A stretch of 64,000 nt of DNA from Phototrophicaceae bacterium. Its GTDB lineage: Bacteria > Chloroflexota > Anaerolineae > Aggregatilineales > Phototrophicaceae. The DNA is taken from positions 2,682,830 through 2,746,829 of the forward strand of contig CBDBIA010000004.1 of assembly GCA_965205875.1 (NCBI GenBank), written 5' to 3'. The number at the start of each line of letters is the position of its first letter. Within the stretch, counting starts at the first letter, position 1. Below, piece by piece: positions 17,845 to 27,348 of the stretch. The notes beneath the pieces were generated by a model. That model was not told where the DNA came from. It saw nothing but the letters and a program-made list of their open reading frames with translations, and did not search any database. The translations under genes and the position numbers were made by a program.

Positions 17845-19331
17845 TGGCGCAAAAAGCGGAACAGATGCGCCCCCCAGGGCGGCAGCACGATGCCAAGACC
17901 CTGTTGCGACATCTCACCGCCCGCGCGTGGGTAACGGGCGCCATCGAAAACATCTTCCAGCAGCCAGTCGCTCTCCGCGATCTCCTGCCAGGCGTCCAGC
18001 GGCACCCGTCCACGAGCCGGTTCATCGCTCATGTTGACGGCGATCAGGCGCCAGTCATCCGGCGTGGCCCAGCCCTGCACGATCAGGCTGGCGCAACTCT
18101 CGTCGCCCTGATGCAGGGGCAGTGCGTCGAAGTGGCGCCAGCTGCCATGCTGGAAGGGCCTGGCGCGCAGCTCACGCAACAGCTTGCGCTGAAAGGCCTC
18201 CAGCCCAGGCAATGGCGTCTCCTGCGCTTGCCGCGCCAGCTGCACCGGCAACCTGATGCGCCGGCCCTCCAGCTGGCCGCCATGCAGCAGCAGCGCGCCG
18301 GGCAGGGTGGCCGCCAGCGCCAGCGCGGCGCGGCTGCGCGTTTCGCCAAAGGCGCTGGCAGCGCGTTGCTCGTCGTGGTTCTCGGTGAAGCGCAGCAGCC
18401 GCTGCTGATGAGTCACTCCGGCGCCCAGCTGCGTGCCCAACTGCGGCAGGTCATTGTGCAGCAGCGCATCGTAAAGCCTCTTGTCGTAGCAGAAGTCGAA
18501 GCCGAGCTGCAGCATGTCGACTTCCATGTCCCAGTAGACCTCGGCGATGAAACGGAAGTCCGGATAGCTGGCGCGCAGGGGCGGGATGAGCGCCTCCCAG
18601 AACTCCGTCTCCGGCACGGCGTCCTCGTCATAATGACCGCGCCAGGTGTCGGCGAAGACGGCAGTGCGCAGCAGCATGGCCATGTCGCAGCGCAGGCCGT
18701 CGCACTGCGCGGCGAGGTCAAACAGGACGTCGCCCGCAGCCTTGCGATAGTCGCGATTGAAGGCGTGGACCTGCGCGCTGTCCGTCCAGCCTGGGAACCA
18801 TGGGTCGCGGCCGTGCGCAAAAATGCGCCGGCCCGTTTGCGTTTCCGCGGCGAAAAAGTCGCCAGGGCGCTCGTCAAGGTCGCGCTCGCTGCCCTGAATG
18901 AACCAGTCGGGCTGCGCTTGCAGCCAGGCGTGATCGCGCGCCACGTGGTTGGACACGTAGTCCAGCAGCAGGCCGATGCCGCGCGCGCGCAGACGCTGAC
19001 GCAGTTCGGCCAGGGCAGCGCGTCCGCCGAGCTGCGGCGCGACCTGCCAGTCGTAAACGGCGTAGGGCGAGCCGACCACGTCTTCTTCAGTGATATCCGG
19101 CAACGCCGCCCGATATTCCGGCAGCATCTCAAGCGCCAGCTCGCGCCCGCGCGGGCTGCGCGTCCAGACGCCCATCAGCCACAGCAGGTTGACGCCCAGC
19201 TCGGCCAGTTCGTCGAGCGTCTCTTCCGGTACCTGGGCGAGGGTGAGCGCCTGGCCACAGCCCTGCCCGAGCGTGCGCAGCCAGACCCGGCTGTTGAGCT
19301 CAAGGATGAGAGGTTTTTGCGGCCAGAACAT
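17841..19331 (-). CDS. alpha-amylase (GH13-like) family protein
   Basis: Region I-like block LLLDYVSNHVARDH, plus GVNLLWLMGVW. Start set at ATG 19331 (MFWPQKP; alternative 19409), because the rest of track ORF 17841..19700 overlaps the divergent cupin gene. Confidence 0.75.
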   Translation of the reverse strand: MFWPQKPLILELNSRVWLRTLGQGCGQALTLAQVPEETLDELAELGVNLLWLMGVWTRSPRGRELALEMLPEYRAALPDITEEDVVGSPYAVYDWQVAPQLGGRAALAELRQRLRARGIGLLLDYVSNHVARDHAWLQAQPDWFIQGSERDLDERPGDFFAAETQTGRRIFAHGRDPWFPGWTDSAQVHAFNRDYRKAAGDVLFDLAAQCDGLRCDMAMLLRTAVFADTWRGHYDEDAVPETEFWEALIPPLRASYPDFRFIAEVYWDMEVDMLQLGFDFCYDKRLYDALLHNDLPQLGTQLGAGVTHQQRLLRFTENHDEQRAASAFGETRSRAALALAATLPGALLLHGGQLEGRRIRLPVQLARQAQETPLPGLEAFQRKLLRELRARPFQHGSWRHFDALPLHQGDESCASLIVQGWATPDDWRLIAVNMSDEPARGRVPLDAWQEIAESDWLLEDVFDGARYPRAGGEMSQQGLGIVLPPWGAHLFRFLRQ

Positions 19332-19442
19332 GGAGTATCCTGTAGCATCGGCTGCTGCGAACCATTGTAGCAGGGCCTGGCCGTAGCCGTGGCGCTGGCC
19401 ATGCGGCATAATCTGTATGTCAGACTGAGGGAGAATTGGTCC

Positions 19443-19781
19443 ATGGGCTATTTTGTAACTCCCGGCGATGTCGGGCAAATTGAAATGGCTGCCGGTCTGC
19501 GGCGGCGCACGATGGCGACGACCGACGAAGCCATGCTCTGCGAGTTTTTGCTGGAGCGCGGCACGGAGATTCCGCCCCACAGCCACCGCAACGACCAGGT
19601 TGGTTACCTCGTCTTCGGACGCCTGCAGATCACGATCGGCTCCGAGACGCGGCTGCTGCAGCCGGGCGACAGTTATGCCATCCCCGGCGGCGTAATGCAC
19701 AGTGCCCGGGCTGAGGTCGACTCCCTCGCCATCGATGTCTTTTCGCCGCCGCGTCGCGATTATCTCAGCGAGGCGCGCTGA
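19443..19781 (+). CDS. cupin domain protein
   Basis: ATG 19443 preceded by GAGGGAG. 112 aa with cupin motifs EIPPHSHRNDQVGYLVFG and GDSYAIPGGVMHSA. Confidence 0.75.
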   Translation: MGYFVTPGDVGQIEMAAGLRRRTMATTDEAMLCEFLLERGTEIPPHSHRNDQVGYLVFGRLQITIGSETRLLQPGDSYAIPGGVMHSARAEVDSLAIDVFSPPRRDYLSEAR

Positions 19782-19843
19782 ACTTCATGTATACTTAAGC
19801 AGCATCCCGGTCGTCCAGCGCACAACAGGGAGGCTGTGTAGCA

Positions 19844-21562
19844 GTGGAAGAAACTTTACAGCCGCGCCGGCGCCGGCCCGCAAGCCGCGCCCGTGACCGG
19901 CAGCGCCGCCGTCGGCAGCGCGCGGCGAACGGGTCGCCGGTCTCCACCGACTATGTGCCACAGCTAAGGCAAGGTCTGCAACAGGCGCTGCTGCCCCTGC
20001 GCGACGGCCTGTGGCATCTGCGCAACACGCGCGTTTTGCTGGCCTTCGCGACTGTAGTGCTCGTTGTCGTCCTGCTGGTCTTCGCCGGCATGCATCTGGT
20101 GCAGGGGCGCATCTTCCCTGGTGTGTGGGTGTCCGGCGTCTACGTGGGCGGAATGACCCTGGAAAATGCGGAGGAGGCCCTGCTCTACGGCTGGGGCAGG
20201 GACGTGCTGCTGCGCCTGGTGGATGTGGACCGCTACTGGGAAGCGACTCCGGCGGACCTCGGCATGCGCCTCAACAGCGAACAGGCCCTCGCGGCCGCGC
20301 GCGCCGTGGGCCTGGCCGGTATCCCCTTCGGCTGGGACGTCGAGCCGGAGATAGAGACCGACTACTTGCGGGCGCAGACCTTCCTGCTGGACCTGGTGAA
20401 CGAAGTGGATGTCCCCCCGGCCAACGCCGCCTACAGCCTGGAGAACCGGCAGCTGACGGGCGTCCGCGGCCGCGTCGGCAAGGTGCTGGAAGTCGGCCAG
20501 ACGATGTCTGTCCTGACCGGCAACACTGCCGAAATCGTGCGCCGCCGTCAGCTGGATCTGATTACCCGCCCGCTGGTGCCCGACGTCATCGATCCCGCGC
20601 CCTACCTGGAAGCGGTGCGCGATCTGGTGCAGCAGCCCTTCCAGATGGTTGGCTATGATCCCTATAACGACAAGTCGCTAGTCTGGGAAACTACGCCGGA
20701 GACCTTCGTCTCCTGGATCGAGGTGGATGAATTCGGGCTGACCTTGCGCGAGGAGACTTTCATCCCCTTTTTCCACGCGCAAAACAACTCGCTCAACCCG
20801 CCCGGGACGCCTGATCCGCGTTACCTCGACCAGGTGGCCACGCTGGAAAAGATGCGCCGGGCCATTGCCAGCCGCAGTCAGGTTGTCCACCTGCGCGTGC
20901 GCTACCGTCCCTCGCTTTACACCGTGCAACGGGGCGACCGCGGCTTTTTCATTTCGCGCAAGACGGGCATCCCCTTCTTCCTCATCGAGGAAGTGAACCG
21001 TGACCGGGACCTGAACCAACTATACCCGGGCGATGTCTTGAAGATGCCCTCGCGCGACGTGGCCGTGCCGCTCGACCCGGTAGTCAACAAGCGCATCATT
21101 GTCGACCTGACCTACCAGCGGCTGACAGCCTACGAAAACGGCCGGCCGGTGTTCAACTGGAGCATCGCCACGGGCATTGAGGGCAATCCCACGTCGCCCG
21201 GCATTTATCAGATCCTTACGCACGACGAGATCGCGCACGGCAGCAGTTTTAATCTCTGCGGCGCACAGGGCTGTGGTCAGTGGAAGATGAACTGGTTCAT
21301 GGGCGTGTACGAAGTGCGCCCCGGGCTCATGAACGGCTTTCACGGCGCCGTGGAGCTGCCGAACGGCACGTACCTGAACAATGGCCTCGTGGGTGTGCCA
21401 GCCACCTACGGCTGCGTCATGTCGGTCGATGACAACGCCCGCTCGCTCTATGACTGGGCCGAGGTGGGCACGCTGGTCGAGATCATTTCACCTGAGTACG
21501 AGCCCAAAAGTGAACTGGCGCTGCAGGCGCGCATCGCGACCGAGCGCGATATCTTCGCCTGA
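19844..21562 (+). CDS. LysM + YkuD L,D-transpeptidase domain protein
   Basis: 572 aa with Arg-rich N-terminus and one TM. LysM-like YTVQRGDRGFFISRKTGIPFFLIEEVN...LYPGDVLKMP. YkuD block IATG..TSPGIYQI...FHGAVE...TYGCVMS with the catalytic His and Cys. Confidence 0.8.
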   Translation: MEETLQPRRRRPASRARDRQRRRRQRAANGSPVSTDYVPQLRQGLQQALLPLRDGLWHLRNTRVLLAFATVVLVVVLLVFAGMHLVQGRIFPGVWVSGVYVGGMTLENAEEALLYGWGRDVLLRLVDVDRYWEATPADLGMRLNSEQALAAARAVGLAGIPFGWDVEPEIETDYLRAQTFLLDLVNEVDVPPANAAYSLENRQLTGVRGRVGKVLEVGQTMSVLTGNTAEIVRRRQLDLITRPLVPDVIDPAPYLEAVRDLVQQPFQMVGYDPYNDKSLVWETTPETFVSWIEVDEFGLTLREETFIPFFHAQNNSLNPPGTPDPRYLDQVATLEKMRRAIASRSQVVHLRVRYRPSLYTVQRGDRGFFISRKTGIPFFLIEEVNRDRDLNQLYPGDVLKMPSRDVAVPLDPVVNKRIIVDLTYQRLTAYENGRPVFNWSIATGIEGNPTSPGIYQILTHDEIAHGSSFNLCGAQGCGQWKMNWFMGVYEVRPGLMNGFHGAVELPNGTYLNNGLVGVPATYGCVMSVDDNARSLYDWAEVGTLVEIISPEYEPKSELALQARIATERDIFA

Positions 21563-21588
21563 GGCAACACAAACAGGGAGAATCATAC

Positions 21589-23475
21589 ATGCAGCAGGAA
21601 TTGCGCGCCTGGGGTACCTGGCCGAGTCCCTTGACGCCTGGCTCGCTGGCAGCCGGGCTGCGCCTGGTTGACGTCCAGTGGGACGGGGCCAGCGATACCC
21701 TCGTTTGGCTGGAGAATCGTGGCGCCCAGGGCGTCCTCGTCGCGCAGCAGGGGCAGGATGCCGCGCGCGACCTGACGGCCGAACGCTCCGTGCGCGCGCT
21801 GGTGGGCTACGGCGGCGGCGACTTCACCGTGGCCGCCGGTCAGGTCTACTTCGCCGGGCCGGAGGGGCGCCTTTATCAGCAGGCGCTGGCGGGCGGCGAG
21901 GCGCATGCCGTCACGCCGGGCTTTGGCGCAGTAGCAGCGCCGCGCGTCTCCGCGGACGGGCGTTGGCTGGCCTATGTCTACAGTCATGAAGGCGAGGATG
22001 GCCTGGCGCTGGTGGATTGCGCCGGCGAGGCCTGGCCCGCGAAACTCTTCGCCGCCAGCGATTTCGTCATGCAGCCGGCCTGGCAGCCGGATGGCAAGGC
22101 AATTGCCTGCATCACCTGGAACCAGCCGCAGATGCCCTGGGACGGCACGTCCCTGCGCCTGCTCACGCTGGAGCAGAATGACCAGGGCCTGCCGCGCTGC
22201 GTTGACACCTGCGTGCTGGCCGGGGACGAGGACACGGCTATTCTGCAGCCGGAGTTTTCGCCGGACGGGCGCTGGCTGGCCTTCGTCAGCGACGTCAGCG
22301 ACACAGGTCAGCTTTGGCTGCACGACCTGCAGGGCGGGGCGCAGCGTCAACTGACGACGGCGGATGCTGACCATGGGGGCCCGGCCTGGGCGCAGGGCCT
22401 GCGCGTTTTCGCCTGGTCGCATGACGGGGCCGCGCTGTTTTTCCTGCGCAACGAACGGGGTTTCCTCAGCCTGTGGCGTTACGAGCTGGCCAGCGGCGCC
22501 GAATCGTGCCTTACGCAGTTGGATGACTACAGCAGCCTGGGCCAGCTCTCCGCCTCGGCACAAGGCAATTCGCTCGCGCTCATGGCCAGCGCAGCGCAGA
22601 TTCCTTCACGCATCCTCACCCTGGATGCGGGGGGCGCGCTGCAAGTGCGGCGACGCTCGTCCACCGAGAACACCGGCCGCCAGCAGCTGGCGCCGGTGCA
22701 GGCCCTGACCTGGCGCGGCGCGGATGAAGAAGAAGTGCACGGGCTGTACTACGCGCCCCACAGCGAGCGCTACCGCGGCGAGGGGTCGCCACCGCTGATC
22801 GTCACGGTGCACGGCGGCCCGACCTCGCAGGTCAGCGCTGCCTATGACGCGCGCGCCCAGTTCTTCGCCACGCGCGGCATCGCGGTGCTGGACGTGAACT
22901 ATCGCGGCAGCACCGGCTACGGGCGCAAGTACATGCAGCGCCTCTACGGCAACTGGGGCATCTGCGACGTGGAGGACGCGCTCAGTGGCGCGGAGTATCT
23001 GGCGGGCCGCGGCCTGGCGGATCGCGAACGCCTGGTCATCATGGGCGGCAGCGCGGGCGGCTTCACCGTCTTGCAGACGCTGGTGGATCATCCCGGCTTC
23101 TTCCGCGCGGGGATCTGTCTCTACGGCGTGGCCAACCAGTTCAGCCTGGCGATGGAAACGCACAAGTTCGAGGCGCGCTATCTGGACATGCTGCTGGGCC
23201 CGCTGCCCGCCGCCGCGGAGATATACCGCCAGCGTTCCCCCGTGTTCCACGCGGATAAACTCGTCGATCCGATCGCCATCTTCCAGGGCGACGTCGACAA
23301 GGTCGTGCCGCGCAACCAGTCCGACGCCATCGTCGAGTCGCTGCGCGCGCGCAACGTGCCGCACGAATACCACGTCTACGAGGGCGAGGGGCATGGCTGG
23401 CGCCGGCCCGATACCATCGAGGCCTTTTACACCAGCGTGTTGCGCTTCCTGCAACAGTACGTCATCTATGCCTGA
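21589..23475 (+). CDS. S9 family serine peptidase (beta-propeller + alpha/beta hydrolase)
   Basis: 628 aa. Nucleophile elbow GGSAGG, acid/His region FQGDVDKVV ... GEGHGW. Confidence 0.85.
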   Translation: MQQELRAWGTWPSPLTPGSLAAGLRLVDVQWDGASDTLVWLENRGAQGVLVAQQGQDAARDLTAERSVRALVGYGGGDFTVAAGQVYFAGPEGRLYQQALAGGEAHAVTPGFGAVAAPRVSADGRWLAYVYSHEGEDGLALVDCAGEAWPAKLFAASDFVMQPAWQPDGKAIACITWNQPQMPWDGTSLRLLTLEQNDQGLPRCVDTCVLAGDEDTAILQPEFSPDGRWLAFVSDVSDTGQLWLHDLQGGAQRQLTTADADHGGPAWAQGLRVFAWSHDGAALFFLRNERGFLSLWRYELASGAESCLTQLDDYSSLGQLSASAQGNSLALMASAAQIPSRILTLDAGGALQVRRRSSTENTGRQQLAPVQALTWRGADEEEVHGLYYAPHSERYRGEGSPPLIVTVHGGPTSQVSAAYDARAQFFATRGIAVLDVNYRGSTGYGRKYMQRLYGNWGICDVEDALSGAEYLAGRGLADRERLVIMGGSAGGFTVLQTLVDHPGFFRAGICLYGVANQFSLAMETHKFEARYLDMLLGPLPAAAEIYRQRSPVFHADKLVDPIAIFQGDVDKVVPRNQSDAIVESLRARNVPHEYHVYEGEGHGWRRPDTIEAFYTSVLRFLQQYVIYA

Positions 23476-23488
23476 CGAATCTGTGTCC

Positions 23489-23539
23489 GTTTATGGCCGT
23501 GACATGGCCATGGCCAACCAACATGGCCAGTTTATGGCC
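23489..23539. repeat. ATGGCC repeat / hairpin cluster in a convergent intergenic spacer
   Basis: Five ATGGCC copies. GTTTATGGCC occurs at 23489 and 23530; ACATGGCCA occurs at 23503 and 23521. ATGGCC/GGCCAT pairings allow consecutive short hairpins. Confidence 0.5.
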
Positions 23540-23558
23540 AACTCATGTCCGGGCTGAC

Positions 23559-24635
23559 TCAGTCGGCAGACAGGGTCAGCCAGCGTCGTTCAGCCGAGGA
23601 ACGGCGGATGCCATCCAGCGCCATCTGACAGTGCAGGCCATCCCGGAAGGTGGCGCCGGCCTGCAGGGCGCGTCCCTCGCGGATGGCTGCGCAGAGCTCC
23701 TGCATTAAAGCGACGAAAGACACGTTCCAGATGCCGCTGTTGACCATGGGCAGGCTGGCATTGGGGTCGCTTTCGCTGAGATCCACATAGTCCTCGCCGG
23801 CGCGGGCGAAGAGCAGTCGTTCGTCGGCGTCTGCCAGGCTGATCGTGCCCTCGCTGCCGAAAATGTACAGCGTGCTGCCTGTGCCGTGGCGCGCGGCGCC
23901 GCTCATAAAGACTGATACCAGCGCGCCGTTTTGCATTTCCAGCATGAAGCTGTTCTGGTCGTCGGCCGTCGCCCGCCAGGCCTCGCCGGTAGCTGCATCA
24001 ATGCGCTGCGGCACCATCGTGGCGACCTGACCGCTGAGCGCGCCGATATCCCCCAGCCACCAACGGATCATGTCGATCACATGCGAGCCGGCGGCGCCGA
24101 GACGGCCGCCGCCCATATTCGCCAGGGACCACCAGTCGCCGGCCGGGCGTGAGGCGGGGTCGCCCCACATGGGATTCACGCTGTTTATATTGACGTGCCG
24201 GATCGTGCCGGGCTCACCACTGTCCAGCAGGGCCTTGATACGGCGGCGGTTGGGGTTGAAGCGCAATTCGTGGCCGATGATGTGCAGCTTGCCGGCTGCC
24301 TCGGCCGCCTCCAGCATCGACTGCGCCTCGCCGGCGTTCATGGCCATCGGCTTTTCGCAGAGCACGTGCGCCCCGGCCGCCAGCGCGGCCAGGGTCATGG
24401 GCGCGTGCTGGACCGTTGGCGTGGCGATGCAGACCAGGTCGACTTCGTGGCGTTCCAGCATGAGGCGCCAGTCGTCGTAGGCCTGCGGGATGCCGAACTG
24501 GTCCGCCGCCGCCTGCGCGCTGCTCATGCGCGCGCTGGCGAGTGCCACGACCTGCGCGTCCTCAATGTTGGCAAGGGCGGGCAGGTAGGCGTCGCGGGCA
24601 AAGCTGGCGCCGATTACCGCCGTACGTATGGTCAT
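23559..24635 (-). CDS. Gfo/Idh/MocA family oxidoreductase
   Basis: 358 aa with N-terminal Rossmann MTIRTAVIGASFARDAYLPAL and the conserved EKP motif (VLCEKPMA). Confidence 0.85.
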   Translation of the reverse strand: MTIRTAVIGASFARDAYLPALANIEDAQVVALASARMSSAQAAADQFGIPQAYDDWRLMLERHEVDLVCIATPTVQHAPMTLAALAAGAHVLCEKPMAMNAGEAQSMLEAAEAAGKLHIIGHELRFNPNRRRIKALLDSGEPGTIRHVNINSVNPMWGDPASRPAGDWWSLANMGGGRLGAAGSHVIDMIRWWLGDIGALSGQVATMVPQRIDAATGEAWRATADDQNSFMLEMQNGALVSVFMSGAARHGTGSTLYIFGSEGTISLADADERLLFARAGEDYVDLSESDPNASLPMVNSGIWNVSFVALMQELCAAIREGRALQAGATFRDGLHCQMALDGIRRSSAERRWLTLSAD

Positions 24636-24726
24636 GTCTCTCTCCCTTTACAGTAATCAGCGCAGCGCTGTGATCTGTCCCGGCTGGCGCAAGGGTCCCG
24701 CCAGCAACGCCAACAGTCCCACCCCC

Positions 24727-25434
24727 TCATTGCCCTCCACGGGGCAATAGGGTCGGCGTCGCGTCGGGTTCCCGGTCTTCGACGATCAGGTCGCGGCCGG
24801 TGGCGACATGTGCCTGAATGGCCTCGGTGGCCCGCGTTTCGTCGCGGTCGTGGATGGCCTTGAGAATGGGCACGTGACTGTAGGCAACCAGGCGGAGGTC
24901 GCTGTTGCGCATGTTGCGCAGGGTCATCACCCGGCGCACGCGCAGCGCCACCAGATTCCAGGTCGTCAGCAAGAGGCTGTGGCCGCTCATGATGATCAGC
25001 GTATCGTGAAAGCTGTGGTCGAGTTCGTTGAGTTTGCGCATGCGGCCATCATTGGCAGCCCGCAACATGCGCTCGCAGATCGCTTCCAGTCGCCGCAGAT
25101 CGCAGGGATCGCTCTGGTCGATAATGCAGTGGATGGCGAGCGCCTCAAGCACGCCGCGCAGGCTGTAAAGCTCGACGATGTCCTTGCGATCCAGGCTGCG
25201 CACGCGCGTGCCACGCCTGGGAATCGTCTCGACCAGACCTTCGCTGTTGAGGATTTGAATGGCCTCGCGCAGGGGCGCGCGACTGACGCCCAGTTGCGCC
25301 GCCAGTTCGGTCTCGATCAGGGGTTGGCCGGGGCGCAGGTCGCCGGAGAGAATCGCATCGTGCAACACATCGACGACGTGCTCGCGCAGCGATTTGTTCT
25401 GCAGCTGGCCGAGTGCGGGGAGCGCGTCAGGCAT
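24727..25434 (-). CDS. GntR family transcriptional regulator (FadR/FCD subfamily)
   Basis: 235 aa. N-terminal wHTH (LRPGQPLIETELAAQLGVSRAPLREAIQILNSEGLV) and a helical C-terminal domain. Divergent from the DUF4438 operon. Confidence 0.85.
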   Translation of the reverse strand: MPDALPALGQLQNKSLREHVVDVLHDAILSGDLRPGQPLIETELAAQLGVSRAPLREAIQILNSEGLVETIPRRGTRVRSLDRKDIVELYSLRGVLEALAIHCIIDQSDPCDLRRLEAICERMLRAANDGRMRKLNELDHSFHDTLIIMSGHSLLLTTWNLVALRVRRVMTLRNMRNSDLRLVAYSHVPILKAIHDRDETRATEAIQAHVATGRDLIVEDREPDATPTLLPRGGQ

Positions 25435-25444
25435 GGCTGAATCT

Positions 25445-25473
25445 TTGACATCGAGGAAGCATCATCCTATACT
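25445..25473 (+). promoter_or_regulatory. near-consensus sigma70 promoter of the DUF4438 operon
   Basis: TTGACA, 17-nt spacer, TATACT. The palindrome TGTCGACA (25490..25497) lies about 10-15 nt downstream of the predicted start site. Confidence 0.55.
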
Positions 25474-25580
25474 CCCGGCACTGGTTGGCTGTCGACAATC
25501 GACTGGCGACTTGTCAGAGTATAGGCATTCTGGCCAGACCTGTCAAACAGGATGCGAGGCACGTTCAGGAGGTCACGCCG

Positions 25581-26450
25581 ATGCCACCCCCCGCGACCAA
25601 TGCCGCGCAACTCGTGCAGATCGCCGTCAGCGGCCGGGTAGCCCAGCCTTCCCTGCGCTACCCGGGTTACATCGCCGACACCAGCGGCAGCTCGGTCGTG
25701 CTGCCGGGAATGGCCGGCGTGGTCTACAACGCGCGCGTCGGTGACCCGGCCTTTGGCTGGGCCGGCGACCATGTGGAACCGGGCGTCTCCATCGACAATC
25801 CGGATAGCCCGGCTGATTTCGCCATGCACTACCTGACCTGCGTTGGCAACCGGGCGCGCGTCACCAGCGGCCTGGCAGCGGGCGCCGGGGGCATCGTAAC
25901 CGGCGAGCACGCGCGCCTGCTGGTCGACTTCGCGCCCGAAGTGAACGAGTTGCTCTGCGTCGGCGACAACATCCAGATCATGGCGCTGGGGCGCGGCCTC
26001 GCCTTCAGCGACCTGCCGCAGATCGAGGTCAAGAAGTGCAGCCCGGCTCTCATCGAGGCCATCCCGCTCAGCATTGCGGAGAGCGGCCGCCTGCGCGTGC
26101 CGGTCACCATGGCCTTGCCATCGCACATTATGGGCTCGGGCGCAGAGCTGAACTCCGAGTTTGTCGACCAGGATCTCATGTCGGGGGATCGTTCGCTGAT
26201 GGCCGAGCTGGGCATCGACCAGATGCGCCTCGGCGACCTGGTCGCCATCCCGGACGCGGATCACCGCTGGGGCCGCGGCTATCGCAAGGGCGCAATCACG
26301 ATAACCCTGTGCATTCACGGCGACTCGGTGATGAACGGGCACGGTCCAGGCATGCTGGCCCTGATGAGCTGTCCGGAACCGGACATCGAATGGGTGATTG
26401 ACCCACAGGCCAATATTGCCCGCTATCTGAACATTCGGGAACTGGCATGA
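25581..26450 (+). CDS. DUF4438-like protein, paralogue A
   Basis: ATG 25581 preceded by CAGGAGG. 289 aa. The block VVYNARVGDPAFGWAGDHVEPGVSI matches my recollection of the DUF4438 family and is shared with the next gene. Confidence 0.6.
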   Translation: MPPPATNAAQLVQIAVSGRVAQPSLRYPGYIADTSGSSVVLPGMAGVVYNARVGDPAFGWAGDHVEPGVSIDNPDSPADFAMHYLTCVGNRARVTSGLAAGAGGIVTGEHARLLVDFAPEVNELLCVGDNIQIMALGRGLAFSDLPQIEVKKCSPALIEAIPLSIAESGRLRVPVTMALPSHIMGSGAELNSEFVDQDLMSGDRSLMAELGIDQMRLGDLVAIPDADHRWGRGYRKGAITITLCIHGDSVMNGHGPGMLALMSCPEPDIEWVIDPQANIARYLNIRELA

Positions 26451-27328
26451 ACCTGCGCAGCAATGTCGACCACCTGGTGACAGTCTCCGCGATGGGGCAG
26501 ATCGCCTCGCCGGGCTTTCCCGGTCTGCCCGCGCTGCCCTACCAGCTGAGCGCGGAGGGCCAGCCCTTCCTGTTGCCGGCCTTCGGCGGGATTGTGTACA
26601 ACGTCTCGGTCGGCGATCCGGCCTTCGGCTGGCTGGCGGACTGCGTCCACCCGGGCGTCAGCATTGCGCTGGCCGATGACAATGGCAATCGCGGCCTCAA
26701 CATCCTTTCCTGCGTCGGCAACGTGGCCGTCGTGATGTCTGGCGGGGCGCAGGGCGCGCGCGGCGTGGTGACCGGCAAGTCCGGCCGCTTTGCCGACCAG
26801 GTCATCCTGCATTTCCCGCGAGCAGTCCGCGAGCAGATGGCCATCGGCGACAAAATCGTGGTGCGAACGCAGGGCGTCGGACTGCAACTGACGGATCACC
26901 CGGACGTAAAACTGAAGAGTTGCGCGCCCGGTCTGCTGGACGGCCTTGAAGTCACCAGCGACGACGCGGGCCGGCTGGCGGTGCCGGTGGTTGGCACGGT
27001 GCCGCCGCATCTGCTGGGCGCCGGCTCCGGCCTGGACAGCGAGGGTGGCTCGCTGCATATCCAGAGCGCGGACCGCGCGGCGCTGTCCGAGGCCGGTCTC
27101 GACGGTCTGCGCCTGGGCGACGTGGTCGCTCTGACGGGGCTGGACAGCAGCTGGAATCATGGCTACCGACGCGGCGCGAGCGCGGTCGGCGTCGTCGGGC
27201 AGGGCGATAGCCCGCGCAACGGCTACGGGCCCGGCGTCACCGTGCTGATGACCTCGGCCGCGGGCGGCATTGCGCCCATGGTTACGGCCGGCGTCAACCT
27301 TAAGGGGCTGTTTAACCTGGACGACTGA
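26447..27328 (+). CDS. DUF4438-like protein, paralogue B
   Basis: 293 aa. The start overlaps the paralogue A stop (ATGA). It aligns along its length to paralogue A (IVYNVSVGDPAFGWLADCVHPGVSI; LRLGDVVAL vs MRLGDLVAI; GYGPG vs GHGPG). Confidence 0.6.
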   Translation: MNLRSNVDHLVTVSAMGQIASPGFPGLPALPYQLSAEGQPFLLPAFGGIVYNVSVGDPAFGWLADCVHPGVSIALADDNGNRGLNILSCVGNVAVVMSGGAQGARGVVTGKSGRFADQVILHFPRAVREQMAIGDKIVVRTQGVGLQLTDHPDVKLKSCAPGLLDGLEVTSDDAGRLAVPVVGTVPPHLLGAGSGLDSEGGSLHIQSADRAALSEAGLDGLRLGDVVALTGLDSSWNHGYRRGASAVGVVGQGDSPRNGYGPGVTVLMTSAAGGIAPMVTAGVNLKGLFNLDD

Positions 27329-27348
27329 ATCGGGGCAGGAGGAACGCA

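Noticed and set aside
17361-19370. 669-aa plus-strand ORF opposite the amylase-family gene, and similar cases (6324..7805 minus, 10105..11766 minus, 1399..2622 plus, 54229..56172 plus, 59018..60925 plus)
   Set aside because: All lie antisense to genes with strong family signatures. They have low-complexity R/A/G/P-rich translations and lack RBS-supported starts. I treat them as GC artefacts.
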